Positions 42,740 to 54,030 of a DNA stretch of 64,000 nt are shown here, one piece after another. The notes below the pieces were generated by a model, which ran no database searches, had not been told where the DNA came from, and saw only the letters and a program-made list of their open reading frames with translations. A program made the position numbers and the translations under genes. The DNA is taken from positions 1-64,000 of the forward strand of contig JBFLGF010000204.1 in assembly GCA_050230475.1 (NCBI GenBank). The letters are read 5' to 3'. The stretch's first letter is position 1, and each line of letters begins with the position of its first letter. The stretch comes from Ancylonema sp. Lineage: Eukaryota.

Positions 42740-43819
42740 TTTTTTTACCCTCCCCAAATGTAGAAGGTAAATACCAGCGGGGTGTGTGAACTGTAGCCAG
42801 GAGTCCTGCCAGGAACTTGACCACATTCTCGTCCATCATGCGGCCCATGACTTGGTGCCACTGTTTCTCATTTAAGGAGTGTGCAGCTGAATCTCCAGGG
42901 ATGATGCCCATGCATCGTTCTTTGCACCATGTCGAGGGAATTTCCCAGCGTCCTGCTAGACTTTTCACCATGCATTGGGTTTCCCAGCGTTGGGGTGGAC
43001 GTACTCGTAGTTTCGGTTGTCGGTAAAGGGGGAGAATGGGGGTAACGCCTTGCGTTCTTCATGACGCACGTTGACCGTCGACTTGAAGGTATATGTCTTG
43101 TAGGCAGTCTGTGGCTCGTACCGAGTGTGAAGAACTTCTTGCAGGTGACAAACTTCAGAGGTGGTAGGTAAGGCGTTTTGAAGGTCAGAAGGGGATATCC
43201 AATTCGTCCACACATGGATGGGTCCATGGACGTTGGAGCCGAAGTTTGTACCATCGATGATGACCGAGTGTCCCAAGAGGGCATGCACCAATGGCATCAT
43301 CTCCTTCACCCACTCTGGTGTGTCCGCGGTAATGGCCTTGGTCCAGAAGATGTAGAGGGGGTGATGTTGTTGGATGGTGTAGAGTTTTTGAGTCATGTGC
43401 ACCAGGGTAATGAACAGGATGAATCGGTGGTCATGGAGGCCGCGCAGCTTGCCGTAGGTCCAGGTCATCTCCCGGTTCTAGTTGGCGACCACCAAATCGA
43501 CACCTCCTCGATCTAGGTAAAGTTTTTGTAGCATGTCTGGTTTGTGGTTCTGGACCTGGAAGGGAAGTTGGTTGTCATAGCTTTAGAGGGCGCTGTGAGC
43601 AATCTGGTAGGGGTGACGAAGGGGTAATTTGGTAATGAATACACGGGATGTGGTTTTGCTGGTACCGTCGTCCTTGCTGGAGGTAAGCCATCGAAGATTT
43701 TTGTCCGCGTAGAGAGCGATCTTTGATCTTTGATCTTTGTCTCGTCTACTACAGAGCTCATATATGTGCAATCCTCTCACCGAGTGAGTTTCCAAAAAGC
43801 GTCGGAGGTTTTTTTGCAT
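42740..43819 (-). pseudogene. DNA cytosine-5 methyltransferase-fold ORF carried by a retroelement (2 in-frame stops, 1 frameshift)
   Basis: One frame from 43819 to 42965, interrupted by TAA at 43583 and TAG at 43478: 'LHIYELCS...LPFQV...GGVDLVVAN*NREMTWTYGKLRGLHDHRFILF...PLYIF...LLGHSVIIDGTNFGSNVHGPIHVWTNW'. After a frameshift: 'WEIPSTWCKERCMG..PGDSAA..LNEKQWHQVMGRMMDEN'. Order and spacing match C5-MTase motifs I, IV, VI, VIII, IX and X. Confidence 0.75.
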
Positions 43820-43943
43820 TGGTACCGCGCCCAGGATGTCAACACCGTTCCATCGAGGTACTGGCTGGGGATGGGTAATGAGGGTACGGGGAACTCGTCG
43901 AGCTCTGTCGATGTTGTTCTCTCCGAAGATGCGGATCTGCTAG

Positions 43944-44241
43944 TTGAGGTGAGTTTAGGTGAGGTGAGTTGAGGTGAGTTGAGGTGAGGTGAGGTGAGTT
44001 GAGGTGAGGTGAGGTGTAGTTAAGGTTGAGTTGAGGTGAGGTGAGGTGCTGAGGTGTTGAGGTGAGGTGAGGTGAGGTGTTGAGGTGTTGAGGTGAGGTG
44101 TTGTGTTGAGGTGAGGTGAGGTGAGGTGAGATGTTGAGGTGTTGAGGTGTTGAGGTGTTGAGGTGTTGAGAGGTTGAGAGGTTGAGGTGTTGAGGTGAGG
44201 TGAGGTGAGGTGCATGTTGATGTGTTGAGGTGTTGAGGTGA
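43944..44241. repeat. Compound (GGTGA)n/(GAGGTGTT)n microsatellite
   Basis: Direct reading of the sequence. Confidence 0.95.
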
Positions 44242-44252
44242 AAGTCCCCCAT

Positions 44253-46520
44253 CTACATGTTGAGGTGCCGTCGAGAGGCTGGCGCCACTAGTTGTTGTTG
44301 TACTACTACGGCAGCGATGATCTTGGCGTCTGTAGATGGGGGAATTTTGCCGACACTCATCATGTGGCGAATAGTGGTCTGTTCCACTGGCAATGAAGCT
44401 CGGATGTATGTCTCCTTGCTAAATCCTGTGAACGTGGCCTTGGATCTGGTAGCATCGTTCATGTCGCGGGGGTCGTAGAGGTGCAAGAAGTGTTGGAGTC
44501 CTAGGGGTTTCTTCGACATGTCGATGTAACGGTCGACTGTCTCTTGATCCCGAGTGTACTCGTTGACTTCTCTGTTTGTAGGCACCGGTGGGTAAGATAG
44601 TCGATTGCGGGTGTTGCGAGTTGGAGGTGATGGGGTGCGCGAGTGGCGGCGTGAGGTGGATAGTCCACCTTCATCGATGGGGTTGAGCTGGATGTTGTCA
44701 AAACCTCGTCGTGCTCTCTCTTGTAGGTAATTTTTTTCGCCGTGCCGTGGTAAGCAAATTGAGGTTGACTCCATGGGGTCGGTTTCTGGTAATTTTTGGG
44801 GAAGGCACAGGGACCGATTGTTCACGAGACTGAAACATTGGCGAAGCAATCATGGGAGATACTGCAGCATATGGGATTGCTACATACTCAGGAGATGGAG
44901 TGGCTTCTCGGGTAGGTTGGGTGCAAATGTAATTTTTCTCATATGTTGTTGTGGTAAGGTGAATGGGTTCGCGTCCAGGTTGACGCTGTCGACACTCCTC
45001 CATAAATGCGTCGTAGAATGAAGAGGTCCAATCTTCCATGTTGCCGATAATGTTCAAAACTTGTGCCAGGTTTTCTTCGGGTACCATGGTCGACATTGCT
45101 AATTCTGCTGCTTCTCTGGTTGCTGGCTGTCGAGGGGTATTAGAATTGTAAGTTGTTGGTAATGTCGGTTTTCGGGACTGCTTGTCTGACGGGGAAGGAA
45201 GTCTGCGATAGTTGAACGTTTCGCCTTTTTGGCTGGTTGCGGAGGATAGAGAGGAGAGGCTGACGCTGAAACGGCTGCACGTGAATTCTAAGCGGGCCCG
45301 ATCCATGGTCCGAGAACCTGGACTGAGCGCCAATTACTTGGGCCCTATTTTCAGCTCGCGGCGTCAGGCCACGCACCTCTCCCATCGCTAAATCGATCTT
45401 CAAACCTTCTTGTCGGAGTGAGAAGGGATTCTGCGGCACGTGAGCGTTCTCCATCTCTTGGTACCCTTCTTCTCTTTGACACTCGTAGTATTCAGCTCCG
45501 GGGTTGTGGGCTGAATGATGGGGAGTATGGTAATGTTGTTGAACGGAATGCTGCTACTGCTACTGCAGCTGCGGCTCTGGCTGCGGCTCTGGCTGATGCG
45601 ACGTATACCCCTCCGGTCCATATTCTTCCACCTGCTGCAAATGTTGGCCAGAGGTGTAACCAACGATAGGAAGTGGGCTCGCCCGAGGTACACCCTTCTT
45701 CTTGGTTGTGCACTGCTCCTCGGTATGATGCATCTTCGGATAATGGGCACAGTGCGCGTTTGGAGTGCGGTCCTGCTTGGTGATGTTCCATCTTCCGTTG
45801 GCTGCTCCGGTTGTTGAAGGTGTTGCAAGTGTAGGTGTCTTGGTAACCATTGGCGGCACCGCCACTGGTTGTACTAAAGGCCGCCCCCACGCGCGATATG
45901 GGCAGTTGGACTTCACATGTCCCGGCTAACCGCAGGTGTAACATGTCCGGGTGTCCATGGCAAGCGTCTGAGGGGCTGGAAGTACTACTAGGGGACAAGG
46001 TTCGGGATACCTTTAGGCGAGGTAGTATCCAACGAGGCGGTATTAGGCACTCGTTTCATAGGTTCTGCTCTCCGCCTTTTGGGCCATTTATCGAAGCTCT
46101 TGCCGCGACATGGATGGTAGTCGCGGCTCCGCTTCCCACCGTCTCTGCTGCTCTTTCTCGTAGTCGGAATAATTTGGCTGGTTCAGGGATGAAATGGTAG
46201 TAGCGAAGCGCGTTGTCCGCCAGTTGCGTTGTACCTCCGTCTTAAGTTGGTTTGGCAAGGGCTTCTAGGCGAGCAAACTGTAGTTCATGATCTCAGCTTG
46301 TGCTGTATGCCGAGAAGATTAGTCAGGACCTCCAGCGCGTCAGGGCCAAGGCAGTCGCGCAAGGCGATGTCTAAAAATTACAAGTGCCCTTAGTTTTCGA
46401 AAGAATGAAGGACTCGATCCTTCGGCAAGCACATGCGGCGGAAATCTGTGCGGGAATGATCGAAGAATCATGTTGCTTGCCTAGTTCTCCATTGTACTTG
46501 GGTGGACGGGCGTCCGCCAT
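44253..46520 (-). pseudogene. Decayed gag region (CCHC knuckle) plus an uncharacterised Ser/Pro/Thr-rich ORF
   Basis: 'MADARPPKYNGE' at 46520, knuckle 'CYTCG*PGHVKSNC' at 45943-45902, and a second knuckle-like 'CAHYPKMHHTEEQC'. No protease D(S/T)G, RT or integrase motif seen downstream. Confidence 0.6.
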
Positions 46521-47149
46521 GCTAGCCTCGTTGTCGTTGTCGTCTTATTGATTAACAGCGCCAACAGAGATGGCAGCCGCGGGTGCAAATGGTTCACCCG
46601 ACGGAACATAAAATTATGCAGCAAGGTCGGCTTTTGAAAGCTCACGAAAATCGCGTGGAATTTGGTTCGCGCGTCTCAGGCTCTCGTATAGCGTACTTAA
46701 ATCTAACTGACAATTTGCGAAATCAATCTCTGATTGTTCAGAGCTTGGTGAATGAAATCCCCAATTTGTGCTTTGTGGAGAACCTCTGGCCAATCTACCG
46801 GTATGATTCCGGGACGAGGACATTCATGGCACTCAAAGTAAATGGATGCTCAGATCCGAAGGTAGGCACTTTTCGGAAACTATTATCCAAAGCAAGGAAC
46901 TCCAATGGTTGCCAATATGCGCAGCGAAACTAACGCATACCAAGGCTTAATGGTATTCTAGCTAACAGTAAGTAATCACGTAACACTGCAAAGTCATGAC
47001 ACGAGCAAGTACACGTGCGAGTTAATAAAGTGTTCCGGGAAGAGCTTCCGAAAAGTGAATACAATGTGTCTAGCTTGGACATCAAGCAAGAGGGAACCAA
47101 CGGGCTCGAAGAGCGGCGCTGGCCCAAAAGTCTACAACAACGGTCGCAC

Positions 47150-47166
47150 GCGTGACAGCGGCACCA
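47150..47166 (-). promoter_or_regulatory. Putative tRNA primer-binding site
   Basis: Minus strand ...GCCAACA|TGGTGCCGCTGTCACG: an LTR-like CA directly followed by TGG, upstream of gag. Confidence 0.55.
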
Positions 47167-48751
47167 TGTTGGCTAAACTTGGCGGCTATCGGCTAAGGAC
47201 TTATAGCAAGACATAGAATCCTAGGTAACTAACCACACCCAACCCTCACAAAGGCGGCTGACGGCGACTTTGTGATCTACGTACCTTCACAAAAGCTCTC
47301 AGAACATTTGTCCCACTATAACGGCAAACTTAACTACTCACGTCATAAAGGCTCCTACCTCTGTATAACGGTGTTGCAGACCCGTTGTCATGACGCTAGA
47401 GATTGTTAAGGCAGAAACCCCTCTAGATTGATCAGATACCCCTCTATAATAATACTCCTCTATAACGAGAGTATTCGATATATCGATTTGTAGAATCAGT
47501 ATTTTACTAGAAAAACAGTGAAGTACGAAATTTGTACGACTCGAAAATAACGTGTGGCGTATTTTCCGAAGTCTAGAATCCAGTAGTTTCAACAAATAGT
47601 TGCGTGTCGATTTTTGTTAAAACCACAAGACACTTTCGACTTGTCGATAATCCCGGTGATTAAATCCAGCCGTAGAACTATAATAATATCTCGCGCCATT
47701 TCATCGTAACGCCGAGATTGATTGTAATGTTCAAGAAGCCAGCCTGTCGTTATCTTCGATAGCTTAACTCTAGTTAACTACGCAGGTTAGCACCGCGCAA
47801 CAACTTTTTGTGATAAAAGTCAATTGTACTTTCAGATCTGCCAGCTTCCGCTGTCAGATTGCGCTGTTCACGCGACTTCGCAACGTGCTCGTCTTTCGTC
47901 TTAGCCTGACATCCGTCAACCAGACGGTAAATTCTACGAATCATTATTTGTAATGTGTGTGTGTGTGTATTTGTGATTCATCTGAATATGTTGCCGACGC
48001 TCTTTCTGAGCCAGCCTTGCTATCGGCTGTAATTTCTCACATCGATTCGTTGACGCTCTCTCTGAGCCAGCAAGCGTGCGTGTGTGTGTGAGACAACTGT
48101 CGATTTACCTACGTTCGTTCCCAACCGGAACTTTCATTGGTGTATGTGTGTTTGCTGTCGCTCGCTCCGAGCCAGCATCTGTTGTTTACACCGGTCTGCT
48201 GACGCTCTCTCTGAGCCAACATCTTTTATCGACGTGCCGTCGATACTTTACTTTCGCACCGAAAGTAACTCTTACGGCTGTTAACCTGGATAGTTTGCAC
48301 CAGACTATCTTGTTTGCTTTATAGTATTTTCCCTGACTTTTATAATGTAAACCATATGTTAGCACCATATGTTTGTACTATAGACCATCTGTTAGCTCGC
48401 CCTCGGCGTTAAGTAGTGAATTTCACCAGACCGCTGAGACGTGTGATAGATATAATATTGATATCTGAGCGGAGACTCAATCTGCATTACTACTGGGAGA
48501 GAGCATCCGATATTAGTGAGAGCAGCCGGACCACCAAGTCCACCAGAGACCTTTCTACCACCTCCGAACTTCATCGATACCAACCCAGTCAACATCATTG
48601 CGACACTACCGCGGGCATTACCACATGCATACTTATGAGAATCATGCATGTGATATAAATATCATGGCAAAGTATTGAGAACATCATTCCGGGCGGCCGA
48701 CTCCACACCGCACGTCACCGATATAAGCACACGATGTCATTCACTATGACA
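47167..48751 (-). mobile_element. Putative ~250-bp 5' LTR (family Y) split by a family-X solo LTR
   Basis: Removing 47386-48721 leaves minus-strand TGTCATAG...GCCAACA, abutting the PBS. Confidence 0.45.
47386..48717 (+). mobile_element. Solo LTR, family X (~1.3 kb)
   Basis: TGTCATGACGCTAGAG...CGACTCCACACCGCACGTCA, matching both ends of the 28807-30225 LTR. Flanks CCGT / CCGA. Confidence 0.7.
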
Positions 48752-49410
48752 GAGCAGCACCAACGGACTTTTAAAAATAATAAAAAAAAGATTTTGGTTT
48801 CAAAAGGGGTGCATATGAATGTTACACACAAAGTTGTGAAGAAGCATTGAAAAGTAGCCGTAGATCAGAGGTTAAAAGTTGTATATAGTCGCCGTATGAT
48901 GTGTATTCGTTGGAATGCATTACACCATCTTATTTGTTGCATTCTTCGATGTGATTTTATTCGAGGTGTTAATGCAGAGGTGATTAACGAATATAAGAGT
49001 AGAGAACAAAATAGGAGGGCACACCCCAACAACCCACTGTAATGGATGTATGAAATAAACTTTGGAACGGTCCTCAGACAATATAATCAAAACATAGTTG
49101 CAATCCGTTCTATAATCGCCGCATATTGTTTATGTTCAGGTCGTACGGCCCGAAGTAACGAATTGTTCTGCACGTGAGGATTTGTACTTAGTCGCGTTTT
49201 GATGTTTCGTTCTTGCCAGGCGGTTCGCGGCTGCGAGCCGGATCGGATCCGGCTCGCACGCGAGCCCGCTTGGAGCCGGGCTCGCAAATCCGCGAGCACA
49301 GCAGGACCAACTATGGTGTGAACTTCACACAGTGAAGCACAAGATAAACCATTCACATGATTTAAGTCCGACATCTTTTTTACTCGATTCCCCCCCCCAA
49401 CTCCGCATTA

Positions 49411-49982
49411 CCGTACCAGCCAAAGATAACGAGCCAAAAAATAATTACCACTTTGCCTGGCGCACACGTTTTTGGCAAGTACTAAATTATATATTTTTGC
49501 GCACCCTGTTGGCGCAAATAAATAATTAAAATCGACGAAATTTTGGCGCAACAATATTATTTAGCGAATACTATGAACTCACATCGAAAATCAAATTTCA
49601 ATGATTACTATATCGAGAGGTGCTTGTAATGAAGCATAGCCCCACGCCCCCGGGCTTCGAGCTGCGGAACCCCGGGCTCGTGTACGGACAGCGGCCTTTG
49701 GCCCATTTTGGAAGGTCGTTGGGATCGAGGGGCTTGGAACCCAAGGGTTGAAAGCTCCCTCATGTCCCCATATAATGGCGCAAGTTGGATTGGATCATAT
49801 AAATTAATATGGAAAACACTTGGCGCAGCAGTTTTTTGGATCATTTTTACTAATAAAAATTTGCCCGGCGCACACTCTTGGCGCGTACTAATTAATTCAA
49901 ATTTGGCTGGCGCAACTATTTGGAGCCTACTATTAATTATTGAATTTCCGATTTGCTGGCGCGTTATCTTTGGCTAGTACGG
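49411..49982. mobile_element. Family-B pogo-like MITE (inverted relative to 37426-38012)
   Basis: TA|CCGTACCAGCCAAAGATAAC ... GTTATCTTTGGCTAGTACGG|TA. Confidence 0.8.
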
Positions 49983-51106
49983 TATAATGCAAAATGATTC
50001 ATAACGGATACGATCTTTTTGCAGAAGGCAAACCATTGACAATTGATCTGGCCGCTACCAGACTAGGATTGAATATTGGGCGATCTTGGGGTACCACCAC
50101 ACGTCCTTTAGGAGGAAAGAAAGGAAAACAATTCATTTATAAAGTTGTCCCATTATGCCGGATTTCGTAATTTATGGCCTGACCCACCGCCAGATAAGTG
50201 ATTAGTTAATTCGACCCGACCCACCCTTTTCATAATCATTTGCGGGTCATTATGTATAGCCGATACGGTAATCATGTGTGTGAATGGGTGTGTGTGTTTG
50301 TGTGTTTGTGTGTTTGTCTCTGTGTTTGTGATCCTTGTTGTTTCAAAATGGGTGTCATTGAAAAGATTGGGATGACATGGCTCTAAACGGCTTGGAGGAT
50401 TTCTTCACAAGTTTCGAACAACTTCCCCAATATAAACCAAGTCATAAAACTTCCAAAGGATAAACTAAGTCATAAAACTTTCGAGGGACAAATGCAACAA
50501 AAAAACAAATGCAATTGCAAGTTGACTCACAAGGGCAATATACACTACATTATCCCACTTTTGATGTACATCACGAGGGAGGTCATAGCGATTGAAACAC
50601 TCACTAAAGCAAAACTAAGAAAGGGCAACTATTAACGACTAAACATTCTTTGAAAAAAGAATGCGAAAGAGGTGAGTGGGCGAGCCCGGCAAGAGTAAGC
50701 CCCATTCTGTTGGTGGATTGTCTCTCCACTGACACACATGACTGTGATACACCGAGCTACTCCATTGCAAGTTCCTTAGATAAGTTCAGCAGAAGCTTCC
50801 TCACCCCTCCAAGGTTGCAAGTGGAGGTCTGCCTGCAAAGGCTGGCACTCTCTGCCAAAAGGGTCGGGGACTTTCACCCGGCATTCTTCACGAAGATGGC
50901 GTGGGCCGCTGCGTAGCAGCGGCTCGGATTGGTAAGCCGAGAGTGGTCCTTCGCCGTGCTCGCCTCATCTCTTTCTAGTCTCTAATCGGTTCCCTCCCTC
51001 ATTTCCGGCCAGTTTGCCATCTACTGCCACGATCCTTCCCGCCCATCACTACCCAGACCTCTAACATCGATAAAATAAGAATATGTACAACAAATCATCA
51101 ACTTCC

Positions 51107-52315
51107 TCATTGTAATCTAGTAACAGGCCGCAGTTTTGCCGCCCCAGACCCGCTGCCGAGGTGCTTAAATGCTACTGCACTCAGGTTCTCTCCATGACCT
51201 GCATAACCTGTCCCTCCTTTTTCCAGTTCCACCAGATCTTTCTCTTTGCATTTCTTTGAGCAGATCACGCAGGCCATCTCCACAGCCACAAACTTGTCTG
51301 CGCACTTCTTGCACAGCACGTGCCCACAAGAACTGACAGCTGTCAAAGTGGACGCGTTGGTGAACGTTGTAGAGCATGAGGGGCACATGAAACGACCACC
51401 GCCCGTTTGCACCTCCATGTCCTCTTTACCAGGAATACAAATGAAAGTAATGGGGAACAGGTCTTTCAAGCGCAGCTTTTCACTCCCTTGAGGACAAGTT
51501 GTATCCATCGCAGGCACCTCGACTCTCTGAGGAGCCTCAGGCGTGGCTGAGGGCAGCCAATAGGCCTTCATGGTACGGAGAGCTTCTGCTTCGAATGCAG
51601 TCGCCTTTACGGAGTTTGCTCCATGGAAGCCTCCATTGGATTCGGCACCAGAACCTTGCTGTCGATCCTGAGATGGGACCGCGCTGTTGTTCTGCTGCTC
51701 GAAAACTTCGAGCTGGCGATCCCTTTCGGCCAAAAGAGCTTCCGCCATTTGCTCCTTGTCATCCTTCTGTTGGGCGGCATAAACGTCCAGCTTCCTGCAT
51801 CAACAAAAGAAAAGGAAGTGCTGAATTGACGCCATCAAAGAAAACGTTCTCACTGCAGTTTCACAGGCCTGCCGATTCTCAACTCCAGGATGGTAGATAA
51901 AAGACGAGAGTCAAGGGTAGTCCACGAAGTCGACAATGCTACACATTCAATCAACAATGCTCCAGTTTTTCGTTGAGAAACACGACCCCCGGCATGATAT
52001 ATTTTCAGGAGAAAAGCTAAATGCATGCACAGCAAGGAAAATCGGATGCATCAACCTCAACAATTCTGAAGCATACCTTTTGATACCTTTCTTCTGAGCC
52101 AGAAGACTGGAGTAAATACACTCCTTGCAGAACAGGTGACCTTTCCGGCAACATACTGGGTCTATCAGAGGCTTCAAGCACAAGCTGCAGGCGTCGAAAG
52201 GCTTTATAGAATCCTTTCCTAGACGTTCTTTCTGCGTACCAAAACCGAGCTTCCTCTTTTCTTCGTACGTAAACCAACCTAAATCGTTGTTGTTGCGTGA
52301 ATGTCTCTGTGGCAT
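51107..52315 (-). CDS. NOSIP: NOSIP/CSU1-like RING E3 ubiquitin ligase; exons 52315-52077 and 51794-51107
   Basis: 'MPQRHSRNNNDLGWFTYEEKRKLGFGTQKERLGKDSIKPFDACSLCLKP', 'AYWLPSATPEA', C-terminal RING 'CPSC...CGHVLCKKC...CVIC' and 'GGTGYAGHG'. Phase-2 GT-AG intron. Confidence 0.95.
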
Positions 52316-52937
52316 TGTAACAAGATAGCAATGAAAGGGCTTGACCAGACGCAACAACGGAACATGTTAAATGACACACACACGGAAATAAGGACTTGCT
52401 ATACTTTTATCCATCTACACGAATCTGGCTCGAAAGTAACTTCGAGCCAGACATTAGGGCAACCACTGCTTCGGTTGCGGACTACATCTGTACACAAAGT
52501 CGCAAACTCACTGGGGGTTATGCCGCTATGGTGTTCCACAGATTGCGGGTTCAGAGATCTCTGCGTCGGGCACGGGAAGACCGCGAGCCCGCGAGCCCGC
52601 ACTTTTGATATCATGAGCTTCGGGCTCCTTCGGGCTCGTTGCACGGGCTCCAGCGGGCTCGGACGGGCAGGGAAAGGCTCAAACGAGTTCCGACGGGCTC
52701 GTTTTGAGTAGGGATTGGCGAGCGCAGTGGCAACCCTTGCGATCAGCGCTCCGAGCTAAGGAGCGAAAATGCGCTCATGACCGTTCCAGAGCGCAAAATG
52801 AGCGCGTGAGCGCATGAGCGTATTAGAGCGCATAATGAGCGCATGAGCGTATTAGAACGCATGATGAGCGCTTGAGCGCATGAACGCAAAATGAGCGCAT
52901 AAAACAGGGTAACTGGGCAGAATATCCGTTCATTTTA

Positions 52938-53477
52938 CAGTAAACCCTTGATATGGTGACAATTTTATGTGGAAAATAATGTCACTGTATCGAATGCCAG
53001 GGGTATCACTACACACTATATAGTGACATTTGATACGGCGACATTGAGGAAAGTGAAATTTATGTTATTTTGTGCAACCAGATCGGGTGCGCAGAGGTTT
53101 TTATTGATAAAGTTAGGTCATGTATATAGCGTTTGTTCTAATATCCACTCGTTACAGTAAAACCTCTTTGAAGTAATAATGCCAAGACAGGTGTAAAATA
53201 TCAATTCAGACAGATTATTATCAATTTATTTATCAATTTATTTTCTATCATATTTGGGAGGTTATTAATTTTCACAACGATAATTTAGACAGGTTTCATT
53301 TTTTAGAGACATCTCAATAGTAAAATCTGGGAAAATTTGGTCACCATAACGTGTGTCACTACAACAATTGTCACTATATCGAGTGGGTTTTTATATAGGA
53401 TTAGAAAAAGAGCAAAAAAAATGTCATTGTATCGTGATTGTCACTATATCGAGTGTCACGATATCAAGGGTTTACTG
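52938..53477. mobile_element. pogo/Tigger-like MITE, copy 1
   Basis: TA|CAGTAAACCCTTGATAT ... ATATCAAGGGTTTACTG|TA. Confidence 0.85.
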
Positions 53478-53486
53478 TAGTGAATA

Positions 53487-54030
53487 TAGTAAACCCTTGA
53501 TATAGCGACCATTTTATAGACATTGGAAAATAATGTCACTATATAGAATGACAGGGGTGTCATTATACACTATATACTTACATTTGATAGGGTGACATTG
53601 AGCCAATGTCACTATATTGTAGGAAAGTGAATTTTATGTTATCTTGAGCAACCAGATAAGGTGCGCGTAGGATTTTATTGAAGAAGGTAGGTTATCTATA
53701 TGGCGTTTGTTCTAATATTTACTCGCAACAATAAAACTTATTTGAAGTAATAATTATAGAACAGGTATAAAATAATAATTCAAACATGTTATAAATTTAT
53801 TATTACTTTGTTTTCTATTAGATTTGGGATATTATTAATTTTCACAACGTTAATTTAGACAGGTTTTACTATATAGTGACATCTCGATATTAAAATCCTG
53901 GAGAATTTGGTCACTATAACGTGTGTCACTATAGCGATTGTCACTATATCGAGTGGGTATATATATAGGATTAGAAAAAGGGTAGGAAAAATGTCACTAT
54001 ATCGAGTGTCACTATATCAAGGGTTTATTG
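53487..54030. mobile_element. pogo/Tigger-like MITE, copy 2 (tandem)
   Basis: TA|TAGTAAACCCTTGATAT ... ATATCAAGGGTTTATTG|TA, colinear with copy 1. Confidence 0.85.

Noticed and set aside
43839..44252. HLNTSTPQ-repeat ORFs as independent genes
   Set aside because: Products of the microsatellite.
41246..47340. DIRS/Ngaro tyrosine-recombinase element suggested by split direct repeats plus a methyltransferase
   Set aside because: No tyrosine recombinase or RT motifs and no same-orientation 5' copy of the repeat. The repeat family occurs as TG...CA solo LTRs with TSDs.
47990..48225. Four spaced GACGCTCTCTCTGAGCCA-like repeats
   Set aside because: Irregular spacing and located inside a solo LTR; ordinary LTR sub-repeats.
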